This document shows positions 37,114 through 55,259 of a stretch of 64,000 bases of DNA, one piece after another. Position numbers and translations under genes: made by a program. The notes under the pieces were generated by a model. That model was not told where the DNA came from, made no database searches, and saw only the letters and a list, made by a program, of their open reading frames with translations. Numbering within the stretch: the first letter of the stretch is position 1; the number at the start of each line of letters is the position of its first letter. Source of the DNA: Amoebidium appalachense (lineage: Eukaryota; Protista; Ichthyosporea); contig CAVNZM010000001.1 in NCBI GenBank assembly GCA_963693365.1, forward strand, positions 20,902,125 through 20,966,124, in the 5' to 3' direction.

Positions 37114-38106
37114 ACATACACACACACAAACACCACACACACACACACACATACACACACACACACATGCACACACACATGCAGGTTCTCAGATAGTTCA
37201 CTCGCCTGCGGCAGCATCTTCAAGTTAACGAAGCCACCACCAAGCTACTAGGGACTGCCGTTAATTTAGTAATAAAAGAAAGTGATAAAAAAACCTTGAG
37301 TCCGGGTCCTTAACCCCCCCCCCCCCCCCCCCCATCCTTTTGCATACATGAATATGCAGGCTGAATGTACATGTACACGGTAGTTGTACTACTGGAATAT
37401 ACCATCTTCTTCATATTCATTAGCATTCATATTCATATTCAATATTATCTGAGATGTGCCCAGCTACTATCCATGTATGTTCACGAAGAGTATGGGGTTA
37501 GTACACATGAGTACCATATGGACACTATGCGGTGCAATGGAATACATAGTGTATAGGTGATATTCAGACTCTGAGGGTATTCATAAGATATTGTGTGGTA
37601 CCAGTGACTGTTCAGTATGAGTATTTGGGTTGGTATACTATACGTGTTCATAGTGTGTTACAAGAATACAATCGAATACGCGTTGCGTGGGTATTACTTG
37701 AATGTTCGTCATTAGGTATTCACATATATTCCGCATGTGTTCCATATGTGTTCGTCTGACATTCATAAGGCATTCATGAATACATGGTGCCCGTTAGTGT
37801 TCATTGGAATGCCATACACGTGTACGAGTGTATCATTTAATGTTCTGGCTGAATATTCATGGTCGCGTTTTGGACAGTATATTCCAATAATATTCAAGTA
37901 CACCCCGGGGGGGTTTGCTGATGCCCTCTACTGTCTCAACTATTCAAAACATTAAAATTCAAGAAAAGAAACACTATAAACTGATGAGAAAAAAACAAAA
38001 CTAAACAAAGTAAACAAACTTGCAAAATAAAATCCAAAATAATCCCCTACAAAAAAGGGGCAGTACATTTCTTGGGGGGAAGGGGGAGGGGGGGGGAGGT
38101 GGGGGG

Positions 38107-39825
38107 CTAAGGGGTGAATTTGGGCTTTTTGTGGGGGCTGGCATGACCCTGTTGGCGCCTTCTCTTCATCGCCGACCTGGTAAGGGGGGTCTCTCCCTCA
38201 GCCTCGTTGAACTCAGCCGGAGAGTCCTCACCTTGAAACTCAGCCGCCTCCTCCTCCACCTGTTGATTTCTATAAGTATTTGGGATGAAAGCAGAGACAC
38301 AGTGGTGCAGTGTGAAAACACCACAGACACACACAACAACAAAACACGGAACGATCGGAGCAGTGTACACAACAGACATCAATGTTTAGACACGACTGAA
38401 CTGAATTTATTCTGATCTTCGAATAAATACCTGAAATTCCTCTAAGTCCAATCCATACATGATTTCCGACCAGTCGGAAATCAGATCCATCTCTAATAGA
38501 AACCAATCACTAAGAACCAATTGCTTTCAGAGAGATCCGGTACGCGGAGGCGTACACGATAGGACACAGACACTAGTTAGGATCAACTCGTGTCATCATC
38601 AAGGAAGTTCTAACCTATGACATACTGCAAAGACTCAGACATATCACACTTAACCTTGATGATTGGTTAAAGCCCGGCAACACATGAAAACTAAAGTGAA
38701 TTAATGAAGTCTAAACACACATGCTATTCTAAGTGTAGCCTAAGTGTGTTACCGTCCAATGAACACGTATTAAGTAACACAAATCTACCTAACATATATT
38801 AGTAGAAAAGAAATACGATTATACACATGAAGACAAGGAGAGAAAGAAAAGAAAATAAGGAAGGAGAAAGAGGAAGGAAAAGAGAGCACAGATCAACAAA
38901 CAAGATAGTAATAGCATAACTATAACCAGAGATATTTATGTACACACGAACATGTACACGTCTCTCCCTGAGTGGGTGGATCCGTGTACACACATATAAA
39001 TATTCTAATCGATATTACAATACACGATTAAAGCCGATACAACACGATTACAAGTATACAAGCATATCGGAGATCGATGCTACACTTTACATAATAGGAG
39101 TGTGGCATTTACACTAAGCATATGAACTGAAACATAACACAAACTGAGAAGATCTTACCATATGTAAATACTACGTATTACAACACCACCCCCTCCACCT
39201 GCTGCACGGCCTCGCTGTCACCCTCCGTGCCGCCCACAGCGACATCCTCGCCCTCCTTGCCGACCTTGGCCGCGTCCGTCTCGTTTTTACGTTGGTCCAC
39301 CTTGGGGTCTGGGGCCTCCTTGTGCAGAGACGCGGCCTCCTTAGCGGCCTGCTCCTCCCGCTCCCGCTCCGCCAGTGCCTCTGCCTCCCTCTCCGCATCG
39401 GCCTCCTCCTGCTGCCTGCGCAACTCCTCCCCGGCCTCCCGCTCGGCTGTCACCATCTGGTCCTTCACGTAGTTGTCGTAGTTTGAGATGTACTGCAGGT
39501 AATGGCGGGCACAGAGTCAGATGCTTTACAGAAGTCAGTCTAGAAAACTTTTTCCAACGATGTGATTGTGTTGTTTGTGTTTTTTTTTTATGGGGGGGGG
39601 GGGGGGGGGTTTGCAGATGTGAACAAAGAAGTCTTTTATAAAACAGAACAGACTAAATGCTAACTAGCTCGAGTGTCGGCACGCTATAGTGTAGTCAGCC
39701 ATAATCACACCATAAGGGGGGGGGGGGGGGAGGGGTAGGAATTATAATGAACTTAGCGTAAGTCTCGTGAGCCATGATGAAACACCCCACAGCTCAAGTG
39801 TCAGCATCCTATTGCCTAGCCAAAA

Positions 39826-39858
<33 letters not shown>

Positions 39859-40338
39859 CCACCAACTTGATGTTGCCTTCGGCCGCAGCACCGTCATAGT
39901 TGGGGTCGTCACATTCGAATTTCACGGGGGTCCACTTGTTGATGAGCTTGTGTTGGTTGGGGTCTCGCAGCGACACCTCGAAGCAGTTGACGACCAGCCG
40001 GAAGAATGCCCTGTGGTCTCTGGCGATATCCTGCCCAGTGCTTCTTTAGTGATCTGTTTTCAAAAGAGGTAAAGTTCGGAAGGAATACACATAAGGAAGA
40101 GAAGAGAAGAGACAGATAATGTTGTCGTCATATGGTCTTACTGACATCCAATGGATGTCATTAGGATCATATGACGACAACATTATGGCCCTTCATGATG
40201 TAAGAATGTGACCGTAATTCTCTATGATGATGCTTAAAACTGTCTTTATTCTTGAAATATTCCAAGCATTTGCAGACCTAGGAATATGCATCAATTTTTT
40301 TTCGATTCGATTCGTGGAATGTTCATGGTGGAGGGGAG

Positions 40339-40370
<32 letters not shown>

Positions 40371-40929
40371 AAGAAAGCGTTATGCAAGTAAATATATACG
40401 ATGAAAGCAAGTTATTTGGGAAGTTAAACCGGTGATCAGAGGAGAACGTGGAAGGGTGAAAGGGAGTGTGTGTGTGTGTATGTGTGTGTACACACGTGTG
40501 TTGGTTGAAGAGCGAGTATGTGTGAGTGGGTGGTGGGCAGGAGGCAAGGGGGGGGGGGGGGGGGGGTCCTTTGATGTAGTCTAGACTCAGAATGTGTTGA
40601 AAGTGATTTGTTGGGGACATTATCCAAGGCAGTCTTGTTGCCAAGGACAAGCCGCACAGCCTTCAATGAGATGCTGCTGAACAGGCGGGAAAACGGCTGG
40701 TACGAACGGGTTGCCCGTTTCAGGGTCGACAGAGTACACGCGGCCGCACGGCTGGCCATTCAGCTTGACCTCATCCAGGAGGGCCAGCCACAGCGCTGGT
40801 CGCTCATCGGCAGTTGGGGCGTAGGCGACCAGCTGTGAATGTGTGTTTGAATGCAGCAAAAGAAAGGAAACAGAAGCGAGTGGTGGTGAAGCAGGTGGCG
40901 GTGGCGTTGTGGGGGGGGGGGGGGGGGAG

Positions 40930-40967
<38 letters not shown>

Positions 40968-41268
40968 GTCCATGATTGTGTATTACAGAAGACTGTCAAT
41001 AAAATATTATATAAATACAATGAAAAGAAAGTATTATTACTACATTACTACTTGAAACAGCTACATATCTCCATCCCTGTACAAATGACGTTAATGGCAT
41101 ACAAGTAGATTAGAACAAAACAGCTACATATCTCCATCCCTGTACAAATGACGTTAATGGCATACAAGTAGATTAGAACAAAGTAACCTGTGTGCTAGGA
41201 TGCGTGTGAGAAGAGTTAAGCCCGTTGTCATAGAAGGAGTCCGTTGAGTACGGAGGCGGGGGACGCGG

Positions 41269-41300
<32 letters not shown>

Positions 41301-44210
41301 ATACATCGAGATTGGTCCCAGGTACAACGTACCCAGTCCTCAGGAAGTTGCGGACGTGCTGGTGGACATTGGACTTGATGGAGGTGATGCCCGTGCGGAT
41401 TTTGGAGATATACTTCTGTGCGGGATCGCTACGCACACAGTTGCGGATGATGTGGACCCACTTGGCCACGGCCTCCTGATTCAGCTTCGCGCTTGACGTC
41501 TCGACTTTCTGAAGAACCTCGACGAACTTTCCAGCCAGGTCCCCATCGTGGGCGTTGTTGATCTGGGGTGACTCCAGCACAAGGTGCTGGTAGATGTTGT
41601 GGGTCTTGGAGGACTTTTCCACATAGTCATTCTGACGGTGATGGAAAATGTTAGAAAACAAGAATGACGATGTGAATAAATCTTGATGGAGCTATAAATC
41701 CTCCATGCTGGAAACGTGCTGTAGCAGTTGCTTTGAAATGACCAAGTTTGAATAGTTCCTTCAGTTTATCCACTTAGACAGAATAAGGGTGTGGATGTAG
41801 TAGGGATGGGTTTAGTGCGGGTAGGGGGGGATGAATGCATTAGGAGGTGGCAGCATGAGGTGGTGGGATGGCAACAATTCCTCCACAAGGATGAGCTTTG
41901 ATCACAGAGATTGGTGGGGGGAGGGTTGTTTGAAACATAACTACTACAATAGGTAAGAGAAACAAAATCAAAACGAAACCAAGGGAGGGATAGGTTGCCT
42001 ACCAGGAACTGGGTGGTCTCCTGAAAGGATAATGTCTCGGGGTGTTTCTTGGAGGGGGAGGGGGTTGGGCGACGGGAAGGGGTGGTAGGGGTGCGGCCCA
42101 GCCCAGGCCCAGATGGAGACGGAGGCGGCTCTGGATCATCAAGCACTGGCAGTCTCGCCTCCTTGCCCAGGAGGGCGCGCAACTGCTCCCTCATGGCGGC
42201 GCGACTGTAGGAGCGGATGAGCTTTCGCATCCTCTGGTTGGTGTAGGTTGGGTGCTTGCCCGACAACACCAGTGTGTAAAAAAGGACCTCGAGCTGATCC
42301 TCGCGGTTGTAGGGGCATTCATCCTCGTCGTTGAAGTTGTTCTCGTCATCTTCCTGGACTTCTGTGACTGAAGAATAGTAGGACTAATGTTAGTACAATT
42401 GTTGGAATCGTAGAAAACTAACAGAAGTGCGGAAACAGGGCAACCCTGGCAACAGATAGTATTTTCCGGCATGATCCAGATAACTATTGGAGGTCATCAT
42501 ATGACCCAAAACACCACTGAATCCCCCCCTTTCCCAACCATTTCTACACCAAAAATGATCTATCGTATGGATATCCCCATCAACATATCGTGGGTGAAGG
42601 CAGAGGTTTCGAAAACACAAAAGAACTAGTTGACGTGGACAGGCGAGTGGGGGGAGCGAGTAAACCACACTAGCAGCAGGTGTGTTTAGAAAGAGTGGAG
42701 TGGGTGAAGGGAGAGTATATAAACGGAGGGGGAGGGGGGGGGGGGGGGGAGGGTTGAATGCAGTCAACAGAACAAAAGTACAAATACAACGGGGAGTGTG
42801 GGTGGGTGAGTGCGGGGGGGGGGGGGGGGGGTTTGACCAATAGCAACGGGTATGTTTTCCTGTGTAACTGACTGGAATCCCGCTATCATGTTCTCCACAC
42901 TAGGCAAGAAGTGTTCCCGACACTCGCACGTGGGATACAGCGCAAGCTGGTCGATCCAGAGAAAAGTTGCGGTGTTCACTGCTAGCGCAATGTTCGGGCC
43001 AACCTGAAAGCCATAGTGAAGCGCTCCAGGTGTGGTTTGTACCAAGTCGCCGGCGCGCTGTACGACTATGACAGGTGCCAACCCTATGGATGCAAGGTAA
43101 CGCGGAGACCGAGGGATATAATTTTTGTGCTGAAGTGGGTTTCTGCACGAGCCTGGCAATTCGTTGCGGGCCAGCTGTAAGAGCCGTTTGTACTGGGAGG
43201 GAGGGTGGATAAACCACACCTTAAGGCCCCACAAAAGAAGGCTTGCTGAGGCCAGCGCGGCATCTTCAATGTGTGCACCAAACACTGTTAAACCCAAGAC
43301 AGACAACTGCGCGTACAACATGGCAACATTGATTCCTGGCATTGTTTCCCCGAAATGATTTCTTCCCAACGGCGTGAAGTCACTGATTGCAGTTACATTG
43401 AAAATGCGTTCGTCGAATATTTGATCACCATCCACCTCGACATCGGATGCATAGACACCACCAACACCTTCGAGGTTTTCCTCAAACAACTGCGCTATCT
43501 GCTCACTGCTCATTTCACCCAAACCACTAACATCTTGAGGCAACGTTTGACACTTGGAAAGGTCCACGCTGACAGGCTCCCGGCTTATCTCGCACCATGA
43601 CTCGGACACGCGAGTTACTGTTTGCCTACACGCTTGCTCTTTTATCTCTTTGGTCGAAAACTGTTCCATCGCATCACGAAAAGGAACAGGAGGTGCAAAC
43701 CCCTCTAATAAACAACAGCCCTCCCGTTTCTCTTCAGCACTGTGCAGGGCACGAAGTGCCTTTAAAGCCTTTTCCCTATCCATGAAAGACGAAGCGCAAT
43801 GTTGTTTTTATGTTTGAAGATTTTAAAAGTTTTTGATGTTACAGTGAGAAAGCCTAGGTGAAACTGACAACGAGCACACGCGTAACGACTATTTATGCAG
43901 CAGGGGGTGTAAAACACAAACACAACCCACCTTTCCTCTTCGGCTGCAGCATGGCGAGGGCGGCCGGGGCCGTAACTGAGGTGATGCCTTTGAGGAGAAT
44001 GCCGACTGACTGCCCAGTAGGGCTATCAGCCTTGCTGGGATTCTCCCTGCCCCTACCCCCGGCCTTGCTATCCTTGCCGCCCTTGCCGCCCTTGCCGCCC
44101 TTGCTGGCGGCCACGGGCTCGCTGCAGTCCGAGTCGTCGAACGGCGTCTCAACCTTTTTGCGCTTGGGAAGCTTGGTCGTTGTGGCGCCCATTTTCGCGG
44201 TCTTTGGCAT
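38107..44210 (-). CDS. Transposon accessory gene of unknown function, divergent from the transposase and disrupted. Exons about 44210-43931, 42367-42003, 41631-41188, 40832-~40600, ~40054-39863, 39492-39186, plus 38255-38107 after the LTR
   Basis: GC3-rich exon blocks with GT-AG ends. Lys/Gly-rich N-terminus, acidic patch, E/A/R-rich coiled-coil, and C-terminal KRRR-x7-KKPK. The frame is unclear around 40050-40700, and a solo LTR splits the last exon. Confidence 0.65.
38261..39185 (-). mobile_element. Solo LTR (925 bp) of a Copia family, 5-bp TSD CCACC
   Basis: The minus strand begins TGTTGTAATACG and ends CAACA. CCACC lies at 38256-38260 and 39186-39190. It shares its start (TGTTGGAATACG) and 3' motifs (AATAAA..TTCAGTT, CTCCGATCG, CTCTGCT) with the LTRs at 57-64 kb. 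Confidence 0.9.
40116..40186. repeat. Near-perfect palindrome, 35-bp arms, 1-nt loop
   Basis: ATAATGTTGTCGTCATATGGTCTTACTGACATCCA-A-TGGATGTCATTAGGATCATATGACGACAACATTAT, 3 mismatches. Confidence 0.9.
41056..41182. repeat. About 62-bp tandem duplication
   Basis: AAACAGCTACATATCTCCATCCCTGTACAAATGACGTTAATGGCATACAAGTAGATTAGAAC occurs twice. Confidence 0.9.
42764..43783 (-). CDS. KDM4/JMJD2-like JmjC histone lysine demethylase (catalytic core only, no internal intron)
   Basis: Collinear with the KDM4 core: VYASDV, PGINVAMLY, FGAHIED (Fe H-x-E), LKVW, SCRNPLQHK (Zn C/H), VVQRAGDLVQTTPGALHYGFQVGPNIALAVN (third Fe His), W...CEC (Zn). Confidence 0.9.
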   Translation of the reverse strand: MDREKALKALRALHSAEEKREGCCLLEGFAPPVPFRDAMEQFSTKEIKEQACRQTVTRVSESWCEISREPVSVDLSKCQTLPQDVSGLGEMSSEQIAQLFEENLEGVGGVYASDVEVDGDQIFDERIFNVTAISDFTPLGRNHFGETMPGINVAMLYAQLSVLGLTVFGAHIEDAALASASLLLWGLKVWFIHPPSQYKRLLQLARNELPGSCRNPLQHKNYIPRSPRYLASIGLAPVIVVQRAGDLVQTTPGALHYGFQVGPNIALAVNTATFLWIDQLALYPTCECREHFLPSVENMIAGFQSVTQENIPVAIGQTPPPPPRTHPPTLPVVFVLLFC

Positions 44211-45631
44211 GGTGGAGACGTGGAAGGCGTAAGCGCGAGACAGAGCGATGACGATATGTGGTCATATGGACCACAAAGATGTGTTATGTGGGGTTTCTGT
44301 TGCAGTTCCGGTTGGGAAATGGATTGCAATCCTATGCCCATGAAAAACTTTTAATTGGTTGATCATCGCATAAGCTGAAGCTAATCAAACGCGTAACCCA
44401 ATCACAGACGGCGAAAACATATGATATGTTTCCCCCCACACCTCCTGCAATTTGCTGAGGTTGGACCCTGGTCATCAAGACTTCTTGGCCATAAAATGAC
44501 AATACAATTACAGCAAAACATTCTGCAGAAACCCGATATTCTCACATTTTAAGTGTTTATAAAAAGCCTTAGTTTCAAGTAGAGGCATTTTTTTTCTTGC
44601 TTTGTGTCGACGACATCTTTTATCCGCTTGAAATTTGTCAGCACCCATAATTCTACTATTACAGTACGTTGTATGTGGGGATCACCATCCGTCTTTCCTG
44701 TTTTAACTCGCGCTGAGGCAGAAGTTATAAGAAGCAGACGTGGAAAACTCAGCATAAGAGATCAATGAAATGAACATAAATATTAAATTACCAGACAATT
44801 TAAAGTGCAAATTTTCTAGTAATTTCTAACGTCCATTACGAAAGAAAATAACCAACTTTTGACTTGCACCTGTTTTCCCTGCCGCGCTCAGGTATGTGGG
44901 TCTATCGGATGGGAAGGTGTGGACCTGACATTGAGCTTATCGAGTGGCCGCAGGGAGAATGAGCAATTAATATGATACTATTGGAATATTAATAGTTGAA
45001 CTCTTCTGCATTTTTTATTGTTTTTTTTTTTTTTTTACACTGTCCACATTTATTGACACTTATATAAGGACCGAACGATTAGGTAGGCTATGCCAGTGGA
45101 TTCCCATGTTTACGAAGTGCGCGCGCTGCCTAGAGTGGCCACATGTATGCATGACAGATCACCAATGATATTTGCAACGCACGCAAACCAAACAACATAC
45201 AGGTCGTTGAAATCTCCACGGTTGTTCTAATAACACATTCAGCTTGTATATTTACTTTGAAGTTTGTTATTTTTTATGTCAATGAAATATGGGCATGCGC
45301 ACCTAGTAGCATCAGTGTTGGACGAAGCAACGCAGCAAGATAGAGTTTATGCCATAGCAGACCAATCGCCGCATTGGAACTATCCGAGTACGTGATAAAT
45401 GTCCAATCACCACGATTAGGATAATTGGACATCTTCATGTTGTAGGAAACACCACCCGGGGGTCAACGCGGACTCCACGACATCAGGCAAGGGACATCAT
45501 GATCAACACAACCCATCCACATCCCAGCTGGACGCACACGAGAGATCTATCTGTACTATAAAATATATATGTATATACACTGTTTTGATAAACTTTGTGT
45601 ATGCACGTGATGTGCGGTAAAGCGCGTCAAA

Positions 45632-52991
<7,360 letters not shown>

Positions 52992-54029
52992 AGGTAGCAA
53001 TGGGTGAGGCTATGCAAATTGTCGTACCCTTAAAAGATGCCTTTATGGGGACTTTTAGACTACATTTTCCTTTTTTCCCATCTCGATCACCCCCACATCC
53101 GAACCTTTCGGATATCTTTATGAGATCTGTTTGACAATATGTTGATGTCTGAATCGAGTGCATAATTTTTGTTTTCGGCTTGGATTCACTTAATAATGCC
53201 AATCGTTGCCGCATCTATATGTATCTGTGGACCCTCTAGTGGCCACATCAGCTAACAAATAACGGAAAGGGTTGTGGCCATTAGTATATCTAGTAACAAT
53301 GCTGACAGTTACCGTAAGCCTGCCCGCCCACATGGGCCCGTATGGACAACTAAATGACGACTTAGTGGCGGGTTTATGATGTCTCGGACGATGGAATTTG
53401 TGCACGCGCACGTGCACCAAGTCTGTGACACAAGGGTGTTGTTCCTCTGCCATATCTGATACGACTTCTTTCATGAATCATTCATTTATGCAACAATATT
53501 ATTATCTGTTATAAATTATATCAAAATATATCTTTACAACCAAGGTTGTTGGTAATTATCTACACTAGCCATATGGGTGGAATGGCTGGCTCCCTTCATT
53601 TGCACGCCTCTGTCTGGCAACCTTTAAATGAATAATATAGGCGTGTTTTATCAAAGTATTACTTTTATAAATCTTATAATTTTCAGCTGTTAATTCCTGA
53701 GCCAGTTCTACCACATTAAAGCGTGATCAAAATCAATTTGGCGGTCTCCCGGCAAGGATGGTGGTCTGCTTTGCACGCCTCCAGAAAAATTATGTGATCC
53801 AATCACATGACGCGAAATCCTATCTCTCAAATCCGTGAATATTCATTGGCTTTCATTCCACGCCGCGCACCGCCCGGAGCGGCGCGCGGCGCGCGGAGTC
53901 GATCACACTGTGGAAACCATATCATCAGTCAGTCAGTCAGTAGGTTTGCATATGCTCACGGCCACACATGCACAGTAGCTTTTTGCTGCCTGGCATACTA
54001 TACTGCTATCCACCAATGATTGAACAAAA

Positions 54030-55193
54030 ATGGCGGCCCGAAACGTTGCTGTAAATGCACCCGCACATGCTGTTACACAGGGCTCACCATTTACCTCAGA
54101 AATGGTGACTGCATACGTTAACTTTTACGTTGAACACCATGGTGAATACGTGGCATGTGACGAGGGTTCTAGGCACCCCGCGGGCTTCTGCGCCCTTTGT
54201 AATAAACAGGGCATCCGTGTTCTCTCTCAACACCTTATTGACGCCCACCGAGATACAATTCGCCATTACACTGGCTACGAAATAGGCATGCTGCTGCAGA
54301 CCCATCGCGTTCCTAAGGCTGAGCATGCACTAGTGTGGGCCGTGAGCGATGATTCAGAATATGAACGCGCTACATGGATTGCTTACCGCAAGCGAAAAAA
54401 CCAGACTGCATACCGCAAAACCGACAAGGGGAGGCGTACAAACCGCAGTCTACAACTGCTGAAACGGCAAGTGCTCAACGCCTGGGCCTTCCACACTGGC
54501 GCCATGGACGGTATTGGCGGGAACATAACACAGCGTATGGCCGTCGATACATACCGAATGGTCAGGGATGCTCATTTGGCAGCACAGACAGACATCTCCG
54601 CTTCGTTGAACGATGCCCAACAACGATTTATCACTGCATTCGCCGACCATATGGTTAGGCTCGCAAATATTGCCGTCCTTAACCGCGACACGTCGGCGGC
54701 TGTACGACAACTCATGGTGCCAGGGGCCTGTAATTTTACATGGGAGGAAGATAAAGTTGTGGAGATATCCTTTGAAGAAGTGCGTGGTTGGCACCTTCTC
54801 CACTTCGCTACAAGCCAAAAGTACTACACGCGGATAGAAATGGAAACTGTGCTGCCCAACATTAACGCCGAGATTGACTGGTCGCACCCGGACACAAAAG
54901 CCGAGGTAAACAGGGTGTTTCAAAAAAACCTGAAAGACAGGGAGCAACAGTTGTGGACGGCAATCTACCAATATATCACAGTCAGAGCCGCCAGTGGGAA
55001 TTTCCGTTATAGCGACCCAATAGACATGGGAGAATACCTCCCTGGGCTAGTTGCAGAGATGGGCGCTTCAATGGACGACATAGAGCTTCCCTCATACCTT
55101 GCCATGTGTGGCTTCGATGAGGAAGCACAAGAGTTGTTTCTCGGACAGGCTGGGCTAGAGCCAGACGAGGAGATGGGCGAAGACGCAGAGTAA
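54030..55193 (+). CDS. Intronless 387-aa hypothetical protein with a C2H2-like finger, basic helix and acidic tail (transposon cargo)
   Basis: Long non-repetitive ORF. CALC-x10-H-x4-H; YRKRKNQTAYRKTDKGRR; ends EPDEEMGEDAE. Lies inside the TIRs. Confidence 0.75.
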   Translation: MAARNVAVNAPAHAVTQGSPFTSEMVTAYVNFYVEHHGEYVACDEGSRHPAGFCALCNKQGIRVLSQHLIDAHRDTIRHYTGYEIGMLLQTHRVPKAEHALVWAVSDDSEYERATWIAYRKRKNQTAYRKTDKGRRTNRSLQLLKRQVLNAWAFHTGAMDGIGGNITQRMAVDTYRMVRDAHLAAQTDISASLNDAQQRFITAFADHMVRLANIAVLNRDTSAAVRQLMVPGACNFTWEEDKVVEISFEEVRGWHLLHFATSQKYYTRIEMETVLPNINAEIDWSHPDTKAEVNRVFQKNLKDREQQLWTAIYQYITVRAASGNFRYSDPIDMGEYLPGLVAEMGASMDDIELPSYLAMCGFDEEAQELFLGQAGLEPDEEMGEDAE

Positions 55194-55259
55194 ATTTTCT
55201 GTTTGTTGATGAGTGGGGGTGTAGGGGGTTTGGTTTTCACGTGTGTCAGTAGCCTGTAA

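Noticed and set aside
39178-39468. Standalone 96-aa coiled-coil ORF, and likewise the 91-aa ORF at 38107-38382
   Set aside because: These are two halves of one exon split by the solo LTR.
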